Positions 39,708-53,262 of a DNA stretch of 64,000 bases are shown piece after piece. The translations under genes and the position numbers were made by a program. The DNA is taken from NCBI GenBank assembly GCA_946965045.2, contig OX337228.1:4402001-4466000 (forward strand), read 5' to 3'. The DNA comes from Epithemia pelagica. Lineage: Eukaryota > Protista > Bacillariophyta. The notes beneath the pieces are model-generated. The model did not search any database. It saw only the letters and a program-made list of their open reading frames with translations, and had not been told where the DNA came from. Each line of letters starts with the position of its first letter. Positions within the stretch are counted from its first letter, which is position 1.

Positions 39708-40451
39708 ATGAGAACGGTGAACGGGCGTTGCTATCGCAGATCTTTACCTTTGGTTCGCTTCTTCGCAGCTATTCGATGTTTTTCTACCGCTGCGGCTCTT
39801 GACATTGCCGTGATAACTGGCACCACCCGCATCGAAGGTCCTCCAAGACCTATCCTTGGGCCTCGTGTTGCCTCATTCATTGCTCGGAACTTGGAGCGAC
39901 GGGGAAACAAGGTCACGGTTATCGATCCACGTGAAACCCAACTTCCGCTCCTACAGAAGCCACAGTTTGCATATTCAAAGAGTCAGCAGCCTTCGGAGCT
40001 TGATGAATTGAACAAAATTCTTATCTCAGCGGATGCCTATGTGACAGTGACACCCGAGTACAATCACTCCCCCAGCCCTGCGCTGCTCAACATCCTCAAC
40101 CATTTCGGATCGTCCACATTCTCATTTAAACCAAGTGCAATTGTGAGTTACTCAGCAGGACAATGGGGAGGAACAAGAGCTGCAGCTGCACTTCGTCCTT
40201 TCCTCTCGGAACTTGGGTGTTTGCCCGTATCTGCCATGGTTCACTTCCCTCAGGCACACGACATTCTTTCTGAAGATGGAACTCTCACCGATCCATTGCA
40301 GCAAGAAAAGTGGCAATCCTATCTGGATCGTTGCTTCTCTCAGCTGGAGTGGTGGGGAACCGCGGCCAAAAAAGAACGCAACGTCGTCGACCCGTTCGAA
40401 TCCTCTCCATCTTTCCAGTCTAGCCCTTCGCAAAGAAATGCGCCTAAATGA
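39708..40451 (+). CDS. NADPH-dependent FMN reductase (flavodoxin-like)
   Basis: IAVITGTTR, ADAYVTVTPEYNHSPSPALLNIL and KPSAIVSYSAGQWGGTRA. Confidence 0.88.
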   Translation: MRTVNGRCYRRSLPLVRFFAAIRCFSTAAALDIAVITGTTRIEGPPRPILGPRVASFIARNLERRGNKVTVIDPRETQLPLLQKPQFAYSKSQQPSELDELNKILISADAYVTVTPEYNHSPSPALLNILNHFGSSTFSFKPSAIVSYSAGQWGGTRAAAALRPFLSELGCLPVSAMVHFPQAHDILSEDGTLTDPLQQEKWQSYLDRCFSQLEWWGTAAKKERNVVDPFESSPSFQSSPSQRNAPK

Positions 40452-40520
40452 CATTATCTTACCACATCGAAATCTTCACTGTGTTTAGTGGACAATATTA
40501 TAATACATGATTAACGTAAA

Positions 40521-41351
40521 TTAGTCAATCCCTATGTCTCTGAATTTGTCCAGGAGGGGATCACTGTTTGACAGCGATAAGCCTAGCGAAGACGAGTTGT
40601 CTACGGCTTTGGCTCCAATTGTTCGCTTAAGGAGAGAATCAATTTCCGTTGCCTTTCTTTCAAGAATAGAAGAGTTCTCTTCCAACACTTCCACTTGGCG
40701 CCGTGCTGTCGCACAAACTTTAAGCACTTCTTTCATTTTGTCTAGAATGTTTGTTCTCTCCAAAAGCAGTTTCCGAGCCGTCTCCTCGTCAGATGATTCG
40801 AGTGCCGCTTTTGCCTTTGTATACAACGAGTCGGCGTCGATTTCGAGCCTTTCCGCAAATCTCTTTTGAGTTTCGTAGCTTTCCTTTACCGCTTTCAGAC
40901 CCTCCATATTTTCTGACAACGCCTGTCCGATTTCACGAGCAGCTTCCAACATTTCTGGGGACAGTCCAAGTCTTTCAAGTTCTTTCTTGCGAGCCTGATC
41001 TTCGGCCATCTTTTGACCTATATTGGCTCCCACCGAAGCTCCAAACAGTGCACCGAATGGGCCCAACAGCAAACTACCAAGAACGGCACCCGCCACAGTC
41101 TCGCCCGGTCGAAATTGCGATTCTGTTTCTCTTCGCACTTTTTCGTCCATATCTTTGTTCCATTTACTGGAACTTAATGAAGCCGGACTGGAGTTCCTTC
41201 GTAGGATACCCAAGGGATATGGTGCTGCCACCGAAGCACCTTGTCTCGCATCGTTCTTACACAATCGATTCAAGCATGGATGATCTATGACAAAACTGGT
41301 TGAGTTCGGCACCACCAACAATGTGGCCAAGATGCTGAACGTTCTATGCAT
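40521..41351 (-). CDS. Plastid-targeted coiled-coil protein with a glycine zipper and PspA/IM30-like helices
   Basis: Signal peptide ending STS-F; GAVLGSLLLGPFGALFGASVGANIG; LYTKAKAALESSDEETARKLLLER. Confidence 0.55.
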   Translation of the reverse strand: MHRTFSILATLLVVPNSTSFVIDHPCLNRLCKNDARQGASVAAPYPLGILRRNSSPASLSSSKWNKDMDEKVRRETESQFRPGETVAGAVLGSLLLGPFGALFGASVGANIGQKMAEDQARKKELERLGLSPEMLEAAREIGQALSENMEGLKAVKESYETQKRFAERLEIDADSLYTKAKAALESSDEETARKLLLERTNILDKMKEVLKVCATARRQVEVLEENSSILERKATEIDSLLKRTIGAKAVDNSSSLGLSLSNSDPLLDKFRDIGID

Positions 41352-41640
41352 CGTTGAGAGTTGGTCGTCGACGACGAAAGTTGTCGGACGTGTGATTGTG
41401 TGATGAGAAGTGAGAAAGCAGTCGGACGGAAAAGATGAGGGCGTGGTCAGTGTTTGCTTTCTACGTCAGCCGAGAGTCCGCCACACTTTTGTCAACTTTT
41501 GAATATTTTTATGTCTGTTTTTCTCGACGTCATTTGAAAAGGTTTCTCACTTTGCGCCATCGCCATCACCATCGAGCTTGTCGTCACACTGAAGATTGAA
41601 AACGCTGCACATTGGTTACATCGGAGATTCGATCGCAACC

Positions 41641-44600
41641 ATGAGCACGATAGCCTCGACAATGACGGCAAGGAAGGGCTCCAAATTTTCGTTTCGTCGC
41701 ACACCCGTGAAACTGGCGGGCGGCCGAGCCAAAGGCGTCGATTTGGTACGTTCATTGGTAGATTCGTCGACTTTGGAGCAGTGGTTTTAGATTGCTCATA
41801 TTGCTTTATGGTTCATTGACAGGTGACAGGAAAGGCAACTGTTGAATACTATTTTGATCCATCTCTTGTGATAGTCGGAAGTGACAGCAATGACGTGACG
41901 AAAACGCCAAAGAAGCAACAGAAAGATCAAAATCAGTTTTTGGTGTCGAAGCATTTGTACATGCCATGTACTATCATCAAGCCTTTGGACGAAGCGGAAG
42001 GCAAGAATGGAAAGGCTCCCTCGGACCCCTACGATGGACCCACACTAGTTAAAACTGCGGATGGTACTTTGCATAAAATCTCAAAGAGCACTGGACTTGT
42101 TGCCCTCAAAACTCCCGATGACTACGTTGGGGTCGATGACGTCCTTCACCTTCCAGAAATATCAGAAGCAAGTCTCTTGCATGCGCTCAAACTACGATAC
42201 AAGCGTGACGACATCTATACTGCAGCTGGTCCCATTCTCATCTCGGTCAATCCCTATAAGAACCTTTCTCGACCAGATGGAGAGTCCATTTACTCTGAGA
42301 ATGAAATGTTGTTTTATCGTACCCAAGGGGACTACGACGAGAAGCGACCTCACGTCTTTGAAATCGCTGATCGAGCCTATTCAGCTTTGATGGACTCTGT
42401 CCATAAGAATGTCAATGGTCCCATCGACGATGAAGACCCTGTTTTATTGATGGAGACCAATGGTGCTGGCGGAGTTCGCAACCAGTCTATTATCATTAGT
42501 GGAGAGTCCGGCGCAGGAAAGACGGAAACAACCAAAATTGTCATGCGCTTTCTTGCTCGTATTACGAGGAAGGAAGGTCGCCCTTTGGCATTGACCAGCC
42601 CAGACGGCAAACGGATTGCGGCCCTGGAGGATCGCGTTCTATCGTCCAATCCTCTGCTTGAAACATTCGGAAATGCACAGACCCTTCGAAATGATAATTC
42701 ATCACGATTTGGCAAGTTCATTCACATCAACTTTGATCTAGAGAAAGGCTTCATCACCGGGGCGTCGATTTACAACTATCTTCTTGAGAAAACGCGCATC
42801 ACCAGACAAGTCGAGGGAGAGCGTAACTACCACATTTTTTATCAACTTTTTTCCAGTGGCGACGAAAAGCTTATCGAGGCGCTGGGGTTGAAATCTGGAA
42901 CTGCTGGATTTCAGTACTTGGGCAAACGCACTGGCGGTACATCCGAAAAGGATTCCCTCGGCTTTCGAGAAACTACTGAGTGTCTCACAAACTTGGGGCT
43001 CGATGCGTTGCAGCAACGAGCCGTGTTCTCCATTGCAGCTGCCGTTTTGCATCTGGGGAATATTGACTTCGAAGAAGAGGAAGGAAGTGAAAATGCAAAG
43101 ATTTCTGACTCTTCTTCCGAAAGCCTACGCGTGGCTTGTGCACTACTTGGTCTGAATGAAGCCGAAATGTCTGAAGCCATTCTCACAAAACGACTTGTCG
43201 TCAATGGCAAGACGATTAAGAAGCCACAAAGCGTTGCCCTTGCTGTCGACAAGAGAGATTCCCTGGCAATGCTGACATATTCCAATCTGTTTGTTTGGCT
43301 AGTTCGCAAGGTAAATGAAACTTTGCGTGATGAGTCGGAGGGTCCCAAAGCAGACAAGGGATTCATTGGTGTTCTGGATATTTATGGGTTTGAATCGTTC
43401 GAAGTCAATGGGTTCGAACAGGTAAGACAGCTTTATGACTCTTTGTAAATCCTTCATGAGTCGTTATTTCTCATCATGTTGCCCCTTTGCAGCTCTTGAT
43501 CAACTACTGTAACGAAAAACTGCAACGACACTTCAATCGCCACCTGTTTGAAGTTGAACAGGAGCTTTATTCTAATGAGGGCGTGGACTGGTCATACATC
43601 ACTTTTAACGACAACCGTCCCTGTCTCGAATTGATTGAAGGAGGAAATGGTGTTGTCGGTATCCTCAACTACCTAGATGATTCCTGGGGCGGCATGGGAA
43701 CGTCTTCTGAAAAAGATGTCAAGTTTGTGGCTCAGCTGCACAAGCAGTTCGGCAACAGCAAGAGCAGTGCAGATGGCCAGTCTAGTTCGAACTCTGGTGT
43801 TCACGAAAACTATATCACACCGAAGTTCGGAAAGGACAATACCTTCATTATCATTCACTTTGCGGGCGAGGTAAGCGTATTCTGTCCATATCGTCCGTGA
43901 TTACATTGCTAAGTCTAACTTCGACTTGCGTGCTGTTAGGTGAGGTACACAGCCGATGGGTTCGTCGAAAAGAACATGGACACGTTGAGCAATGAGCTTA
44001 AGGAGTTGGGGGAGAACTCTTCTCTTCCAATTCCGAAATTGGTCTATACGTCGAGCAACGCTGAACAATCAACACCCCTTCGATCCTCCATCCGCGGTGT
44101 AAGCGTAGGATCTCAGTTCCGTAGTTCTTTGCAAGAGCTTGTGAGCGACCTTGATCACACTCAACCTCATTATATTCGTTGTATAAAACCAAATCTGGTG
44201 AAAGCACCGGGATCTTTTCTCCCAGGTGAAGTGCTAAAGCAACTCCGCTATTCGGGAATGATGGAGGCCATTCGTATTCGAAGAGAAGGCTATGCTCTTC
44301 GTGAAGACCATGAGAGCTTCTACAAACGATTCAGTGTCCTTATCGGTTCGGACGATACCACAGAAGGTGAAACCGGAATCGAGAACTTGGTCCGTGTCCT
44401 TTCGAGACGATTGCATGTGACTGATGCTGATTGGCAAATCGGTCACTCCAAGATTTTCCTTCGGCATCAGCTCGCAGATAAACTGGAGAGGATGACAGAT
44501 TTGCGTGTACGTGCTGCTGCAAGAACCCTCAGTCGGTTCGGAAGGAGCACCGTTAACAAGCGACTATCATTGCTTCTTGTTACTTGGGTACGTTTCCGCC

Positions 44601-47600
44601 TGGCTATGTTGAAGAAATATCGAAATGATAAGGCCGCATCATTGATTGCAGCGTGGGCTCGACAGTGCAAACAAAGGAAAGAATACATGAAATTGATTGC
44701 AGCAATCACTCAAGTTCAAGCATTTCGAAGACGTCAACTAGCCTCTGAGCGGGTCAGAAAAATCCGCGATCCTTTTTGTGACATGTCATTTAAGGAATGT
44801 AAACAGTTGCTTGAGTCAGAGCAGGCCAGACTTCAAGAAGCCGTCAAATCGAAGAAGTTTCGTCAGGCTGCCGACTTGGAGAAGAAAGTACACGCATTGG
44901 AACAGGCGGTTGAGGCCAAAAGACCCATCACTAGAGCAGTTCTGGATTCTCGCATCGAAGAGATTACCGCGAAACTAGAAGATGCCGTAAGCCGAAAGGC
45001 ATACACCGAGTGTGGTCCACTCCAAGAGCAATTGGATGGGCTGATGGCCAAACGTGAAGATTTGCCAACGGCGGATGAACTCCGTGCGAAAGTGGAAGTT
45101 GCAAACGAAAAGGTCGCGATGGCTGCCAAGAACAAAGACTTCGCTGCGGCCGCGGAAGCACAGGCTGATCTTGATGCCGCTCAGCAGCGTCTTCGTGATT
45201 TTCTTGCTGACTCAGAAGATGAGCCCATTGCTGAAGAGGTAGCCATGCATGTGATGGGTTTTTCATCTAGGGCCCAGCTAGAGGACGAAATTAGATCACT
45301 CACGAAACAAGTGGAGGATGCTATTGGTTCAAAGGATTTTGCGAAGGCAAGTACGCTCCAAGAATCAATCCATGAGCGAGAAGCATTGCGAAAAGTATTC
45401 CCTACTGCTGAAGAGCTGGAAGGTCAACTTGTGTCGGCTAAGAAAGATCTTGATGACGCTATTTCCAAAAAGGATTTCGCCGTCGCAAACAAACTGAATA
45501 CTCAAATTGCGGAACTTGAGAACAAGCTTGATCAAGAGAGAAGTAAGATGGCTGAGCTGAACGGAGATGATGGTAAGGAGAACGAAGAGACCGTTGTTGC
45601 TGCAAACGGACAAGTTATTAAGTCTCGGGGTGAACTCGAGAAGGTGATTAGGAAAATGTCAGATGACGTTTCAAAAGCAGTGGCTGGCAAAAAATTCAAG
45701 AAAGCTGATGATTTGCAGAAAGATCTTGATGAAATAATCAAACTGAGGAGTAAATTTCCTTCGGTTCCCGAGCTCGAGACAAAATTGCGAGCGAAAAAAG
45801 GTGAACTTGATCGAGCTATCGCAAGCAAGAAATTCGCCGCTGCGGATGAGCTCCATGTTGAGATTGAATCACTAGAATCCAAACTTAAAGCTGAACGAGC
45901 TTTATTACCGCCCCCACCGAAAGATGAATTATCTGTGAAGAGTGCACCTGTTGTGACAAAGGTCTCCTCTGCTGCAAGTGTTCGATCCGTACTATCAACC
46001 CCAGTGAAGAACCAAAACCCAGTTGCTGCTGTAAAACCACTTACAGAAGTTCGTGGTACAAGTAACTCTAAGGCCAAACCTGTGAAAAGTCTTCGTCCCG
46101 CGAAACCACTGACATTTCATGATTCGGACAGCGTCCTGCAAGTTGTCAAGACTATGGCGTCAAAGCGAGGCAACGCGGGGATTTTGCTTCAACAAGACGG
46201 GCGTTTGTCTGGAATAATAACGGATACTGATGTGACCAGGCGGGTTGTTGCCAGAGACCTCGATCCATCCGACACGACAGTGAGCAACGTTATGACTCCC
46301 AATCCTACTTGCGTCAAAGTATCTGATTCCGCAATGGATGCGCTGGGGACCATGGTCGAGAACAAGTTTCGTCATCTCCCAGTTGTCGACGATGGCGGGC
46401 TTGTTGTCGGGGTCCTTGATATTGCAAAATGCCTGAACGACGCTATCGACAAGCTGGAGAAATCTGGGGATAAGTCTGGAAATGCTGCTGAGGAAGCAAT
46501 GAAACGTATGATTAGTCAACAAGGTAATGGAAGTGTGGAAGCTGCTGCGTTACAGAGCCTTCTAGGTAATCTGATGGCTCAAGCATTTGGAAACTCGTCT
46601 ATGCCAACATTACGCAGCTTGCTGGCAGGACTGCCCCAAACCGTTGTTTCTTCCGAAACAACTATTTATGACGCTGGCCACCTGATGGCCAAACATAAGA
46701 AGGCCTGCATAGTGGTCGAAGGTGGGGAGATTGTTGGGATTTTTGGTTTCAAAGACATGATGTCAAGAGCAGTTGCGAAGGAGCTCGATTTGCAGTCAAC
46801 TCCTGTGGCAGAAGTAATGACCAGTAATCCCGAGACGGCTTCCCCAGATATGACTGTTCTCGAAGCGCTTCAGATGATGCACGACGGTCATTTCCTTTCG
46901 CTGCCAGTGTGCGAGGTAGACGGTAGTGTTGTTGGGGTTGTAGACGTGATGGATGTAATTCACGGTTGTGGGGGGACTGATGGGTGGCGATCGTTGTTCG
47001 GGGCTATAGATGGAGATGATGATGTTTCTGACGTGAGTTCGGTTGGCAGTGCTTCCCGGAAATCACGGGGAAATGTCTCTTTGAGCAATAAATCCGCGGG
47101 AAGCGCTTCGGTCAGGAAGGTACCAAAAAAGGGTCCTATGTCCCTTTCTGATGGGCTTGCCGCCGTCAACGAAACTGAAGAACTTACGGTACGCAAGTTA
47201 CGACCAAAACCAGCAATCATATCCTCATCGATGGACACAATTTTGAGCGTGACCCAGCTTCTTCAGAGGAAGCGTGGCCAAGCATCAATAGTAGTGGGTC
47301 CGGATGGATCTCTCGCCGGAATTTTTACAGATAAAGATGCAACATGTCGTGTTGTCGTAAAGGGCGTCGATGCTTCTTCTATCTCTATTGATGAAGTTAT
47401 GACACCCGATCCTATTTGTGTTTCGATCAACGATTCAGCTCTTGAATCGCTGACCACAATGATTGAGAGGAGAATCAGATTTCTCCCCGTTGTTGACGAG
47501 TCGCGGTCAATTGTCGGTGTGCTTGATATCTCGAGATGCATGAATAATGCTATTTCCCGTCTGGAACGGGCAGAGGAAAATCAGAGCAATGCCATGGAGA

Positions 47601-49729
47601 GTGCAGTTAACTCTGTCCTAGGCCAGCAGACAGGAGATAAAGCTGTGGCTCTGAAAGCACTCTTGGGTAATTTGCTCTCAATGGGAACAACAACTACGAC
47701 ACTACAAAGTATTCTATCAGGAGCTCCCAAGACTGTTGTTAACAAGTCCGCGTCTGTGATGGAAGCAGGTCATGTGATGGCAGAGCACCGAAAAGCTGCA
47801 TTGATCGTCGATGACAATGGTTGTCTTGTCGGAATTTTCGGTTTTAAGGATATGATGACGCGTGTAGTTGCCAGACAGCTTCCACTTGAATATACTTCCG
47901 TTGAAAGCGTCATGACTGCCAGTCCCGAAACTGTGACACCAGATACCTCTGTCATGGAGGCTCTTCAAATAATGCATGACAACAAATTCTTGACTCTCCC
48001 TGTTTGTGAATCCAGTGGAGCTGTTGTTGGTGTTGTGGATGTAATGGATCTCATGAATGGTTGCGGAGGAGCTGAGGGATGGCGGAAAATCTTTCAATCA
48101 AGCATGGATGTTGAAGATGATGATGACGATGACGACGAATCTGTTGTATCGGCATCAGCGAGTGTTACAAGGTCTCTGGCGTCGGGTCGCACGACTGAAT
48201 CGAAGCGGAAAAGGGAACTGAAATCAGTTGTGAAGCTCAGACCAGCACGTCCGATCCTAGCTCTTAGTACGGAAACAGTTGTTGCGGTTGCGCAATCCTT
48301 ACAGAAGAAGCGCAGTGCCGCTGCCCTTGTGGTCAGCTCCGAAGGCTCACTTTCGGGCATCTTGACAGATGTAGATTTCACTCGTCGTGTGGTGGCAAAA
48401 AACATTGATCCATCCCAGACCACTGTTTCCCGCGTCATGACTCCGAATCCCCGCTGTGTGAAGACTACAGATCTCGCGGTGGATGCATTAATGATAATGG
48501 TTGAAAACCAGTTCCGTCACCTTCCAGTACTTGACGGACAAGGCTCAGTCACTGGTGTCTTGGATGTAGCAAAGTGTTTGAATGACGCAATTGAGAAACT
48601 GGAAAGATCACAGAACAAGAGCTCTTCAACTGCCGAAGATGTTGTTATGCAGGTCGTGAAACAACAAGGGGGAAGTGCCGAACAGACCGCTGCCCTCAAT
48701 GCCCTTTTGGGAAGTTTCATGGCACAGGCCTTTGGATCGGCTGTTCCGACGCTCCGCAAGATTCTTGAAGGCAAGGCTAGTATGATCGTGACACCGGATC
48801 TATCTGTACGGGAAGCAGGCATCCTCATGGCAGAGAACCGCAAAGCTTCCCTGATTGTAGAAAACGGCACTCTGGTAGGGATATTTGGGTTTAAGGATAT
48901 GATGTCCCGCGTAATTGCAAAGGAGTTGCCGCTTGATGACACCGAGGTCCAGGATGTGATGACCAGTGACCCTGAGACAGTCGCACCTGATATGACGGCC
49001 TTAGAAGCTCTGCAACTCATGCATGATAATAATTTCCTGACACTTCCTGTTTGTGAAGTAGATGGGCGAGTATTGGGAGTTGTTGATGTGATGGATGTGA
49101 TGCTCGGTTGTGGCGGTCCTGAAGGATGGAGGTCTATGTTTGAGAAGAGTATGCAAATGGATGATCTTTCTGAAAATGGGTCGGTGGCCTCGAAATCCCG
49201 AGGTGCTCGTTCTCGGCATCTTGAAGCAAGGGCGGCTCCAGAAACTCCAATGGTGGCTCATAACGAGGGCCGTCTTCCCGCCAACATCCCAACTACCCTC
49301 GAGTTTGAAGATGGAGATCAAATTGCTTCAAGAGGCAATGTTAACCAACACGACGAACTCAGTGGCAGTATTGATGTCATGATGGGTAGTTTCAAGATAT
49401 CAGATCCGAATGGAGCTACTCACAGAGTGAAATGTGTATGCAAGGCTGATGAGCTTTTGAGCCTGGCCGCTGAGAAGGTAGGGATTAACCGACAATGCCT
49501 GCGGCTTTGTTATACAGACGAAGACGGCGATTTTGTCGACATCACGTCGGATGAAGATGTAGTCGAGGCATGGTACAGTGCGAAGAAAGCAGGTGCGAAA
49601 ATATCTAAGTTGACAGCAATGGCGACTACCGCCAAGAAGGACGACGACGTGCCTCCAGCCGTGGTTCTCGGAGTTGGTTTGGCTGTGATTGGTGCGGCGG
49701 CATTCTTATTGCTTCGTCCTAGGTCCTAG
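41641..49729 (+). CDS. MYO29: Class-29 myosin (motor, IQ, UVR-like repeats, three 4xCBS modules, PB1, C-terminal TM); introns 41746-41822, 43422-43492, 43871-43939
   Basis: GESGAGKTE, LETFGNAQTLRNDNSSRFGK, GVLDIYGFE, QLLINYCNEKLQ and PHYIRCIKPN; repeated CBS pairs, PB1 LCYTDEDGDFVDI and a terminal hydrophobic helix. Confidence 0.9.
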
Positions 49730-49747
49730 AATTAAATCTGTGATTAT

Positions 49748-51172
49748 TTACTTCTTTGTCTTTGTGATCCGTGCAAGGTAGAAGCCACCGCCGTACTGGT
49801 CGCATGAACCAACGTTCGGAAGGAAACGAATTGTCCCATCCAAAGCCCCGTTCTTTACCAAAGGAGATGAACCAAAATGTTCGATTGGTATTGGGACAAG
49901 TGCGGCTTCCTTGTTATGATCAAGCACATATGAAATTACATGTTCGTTTTGCTGCTCAGACAACGAACATGTGGAATATACCATGAATCCTCCTGGTCGA
50001 AGCAAACGAAACCCCTGTATCGCTAATTTCTTCTGAAGTTCCACTAGGTCGTTCATCTTCTGGTTGTTTGCAAGACACGAGACTATATCCCAAGAGCTGG
50101 GCTTAGTGTCTTCTTCAACCGACTCCACAAGCTTTCTTACATGCTTCAGAGAGCCATCCGTACTGCATTCGGCATCGACAATTACGCGATCATAATATGT
50201 ATCGATTTCTGAACTACCATCGCTCAAGGCCTCATTTGGACCACTTTCCAGAGCGGATTTCAATTTCTTTCGCTCTCGGGCTCTGCTACTTTTGTTCGAT
50301 CTCTTGCGTTCACCTTTCTGCTTCTGTTCTTCACGTGCAATATCGCTGTCAAACACAAGGTTATGTGACCTTGGTAGTTGGAAATGTGATGGTGTATGTA
50401 TTGTCCCAAATGTGGTTCCGTCGCCATGATATAATCTGATTCTTGGCAACGAGTCAGGGTCGAGATTTGTATCTCCACTCGTCGATGGATCTACGTGATA
50501 TTTATGGACGACGCGTTTAGCCACATCCAATCGATTCTCAGAAATATCCACACCAACAATTGTGGATTGTCTAGTTTGCGCACCAGGTCGAAACTGTTGC
50601 AACCAATCCAAAATGGCACATAGCTTGAGACCAGGCGCACAACATAAATCCAATATCTGTTCCGGTGACGAGGTCGAGTCTTTTGCGGATGCATCCTCCT
50701 TGTTGATTGGAAGTTCCATTAAAACCGCTACAGCAGCTCCTGAGCTGATGTCCTGACCATATACACGGCCGGTTTTGTATGCCGTTGACTGAACCAACTT
50801 AAACTTGGCTGGTACAGAATAGAATCCCCATGAAGAAGAGCATATGGAATCGATCCAAGTGACAGGCTTGGGAAGCGCATTTGCAGCTTCTGTGACTTCA
50901 GACTAACATTGTGGAATGTTATGTTTTATAACTGGTCAGAAAACACGCCGATGCGATTCTCATCGTCGTTTCTAACTTCAAACACACACCTTGAGCATCC
51001 GAAGCGTTTCAGTACGGTCGAATCGGGGATTGAACCTGACAAACCTTGGCATCTCTTCACAAGACTGCTCCAGCTTATCTACACTGATGTTGTGAAGTGC
51101 ATAATATTCTCTTATCCTCTTTCGAATGCTAAAGTCTTCTGTCGTACATTCCTCTTTCGTCGACGACGCCAT
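49748..51172 (-). CDS. NOL1/NOP2/Sun-family RNA m5C methyltransferase, 2 exons (intron about 50903-50989)
   Basis: RFVRFNP, YGQDISS, LDLCCAPGLK, DRVIVDAECSTDG, MVYSTCSLSEQQNE and GGGFYLARI. Confidence 0.88.
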
Positions 51173-51369
51173 TCTCCGTGGATAGAACGAGAAACCTAAT
51201 GAGGGAAGTGTGGAGAGTGGAGATGTGCATGTGCGAGAGTTATGTTACGAGTGCGATGAGTGTCAGATACAGCGATAACGGTGGCTAGTCTACCTATTCC
51301 TTATTCCTCCAACATAGACGCGGCGTGGATCCCACTTCTATACTAACCTAGGAGTATGAAACAAACGAT

Positions 51370-53021
51370 CTATGTCTCGCCATCACTTGCGTCTTCCATA
51401 TCTTCGTCACCTTCAGAATCGTCGGATACTCCATCGTGTCTCATCATAAAGTCGGATGCTTCGTGCCATGTCCTTTGATCGTCCTCTTTTTCATCGGCTT
51501 CTTCCAATTGAACAAAGTCCATCTCATCGCTGTCTTTCAGATTCTTCATAACGGCGTCATCAAACTGAGTAAGATCGAACTCTTTGCTAAAAGATGACAA
51601 TATCGTCGCGTCGTTAGCTTTCTGGGGTGCCAGGTGTTCTGGTGGAACCGTATAGTATGGTATTCTCCCAGAGTTCCAATCTTTCAAAACCTGCCGCGCC
51701 GCTGCAACCTTATCCGGAATGCCACCTTTCAACACACGACCATAACTCCCTGTCATCAATTGCACAGTAAAAACGACATGAGATATCCCATATGTGAAAC
51801 AGTGTCCATGCAACTGCCAGACTTACGAGCAATCAAAGCGAGGAACATCATCACATCGCCAGGTGGAAAGCTTGGAATATTATAAGTCATCAAAAGACTG
51901 GCATGATTACATCGTTTCAGAAGAGCAGCAACGGGTGGAATGGGATCTTCCATCGACTCCGCGTCCACGCAGTTTCCCAGTAGAGCCGTATGGTCATCAA
52001 AAACCACTCCAGGACTGTCCAACAGCCTCACATTTCGATCCAAGACAACCTCTTGCATTGATGTTGTAAATCCAGGTCTCGGACTGACACCAACTGCTCG
52101 GGTTCGTTTGAGTGAATTGATAATGGACGACTTGCCAACATTTGGGTACCCAATTACACCTACCACAATGGTCGTCTTTCCCTTTCCTCCCCCAGTTCGA
52201 GCGTAGTTCTTCAGAAGCTGTAAGAGCCCTTCCATGCCAACAGGAAGTGTAGGTGATGATTCAACTGAAGCATCCTTGTTCACTGACCCTGTCGTTGACG
52301 CGGAAGATCGATGGTCCATTCCAGCCTTGATGGCAATGGTTGGATGTGATCGACGCAGCGTCGTCAACCATGCCCCTACCACGTCTTTGGGAACCAAATC
52401 AATCTTATTGAGCACAAGGACCATTTTCTTATCAACTCTAGACAAGATTGCGTTTTCCATAGTAGGATGAATTCTGGAGCTGATGGGATCACGAGCGTCC
52501 AAAACTTGCAACAAAATGTCAGCTGTATCAACCACCTTTTTGAGCTCTCGAAGATACGCACGACGAGACTGTTGGCCCGCCACCACTGTCCCGTCACTCT
52601 TCTCATCAAGACCATCCTGATTGTGAGAGCTACCAGTTTCTGACTCCCCCGACTTGGACTGAAATTGGTCCTGATCTTGTTTGGCCTGTTGAAGCATCTC
52701 TTCGATTGTCCGTGCTTGGCCCCCTTGAGCTTGATGCTCTCGCAAAGCTTTTAAGTCATTCTTTCTGCGTTGTTTCGCTTCCTCTTGAAGTTGTTGTTGC
52801 TTCTCCCTTGTCCTCTGAATCTCTTTGAGTAGATCTTGCTTGAAAGGCCAACTGTTGGGGATTCCAGGGTCCTTTTTCTTTTTGTCATGTTTAACGACGC
52901 CATTTGCAGCGTCGCGTTTGGCTTGCTTCTTTTGCTTCCGGTGTGTTTCTGTTACACGCCTTTGGATCTTATACTTGTCCTTGAGCGTTGAACGCTTTGA
53001 TTTTCCTTTCTTTTTCACCAT
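51370..53021 (-). CDS. GNL3: Nucleolar circularly permuted GTPase GNL3/nucleostemin (Nug1-like), at least 2 exons
   Basis: KDPGIPNSWPFK, LQVLDARDP, LNKIDL, GYPNVGKSSIINSL, DSPG and VLKDWNSGRIPYYT. Confidence 0.93.
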
Positions 53022-53262
53022 GATGGAGGTTGCCTCAGTTGCCGGTTGTCTTTGTCGGATGGAGAATGTTACGAAAAACTGTTGGTTCTCTGTTCTCTGG
53101 CGTCGGGCCACGGACTACGGACGAGCCGTCTCCGATTTGCGGGCGCACCGCCACGTGTAAGATACGGAACCCATAACCTATTCTAGAGCACACAAAAAGT
53201 ATCTTGGAGATCTTTGTCAAGACGACGGATATTTTATTGGAATGCCGTCAAGCCACTGAAGA

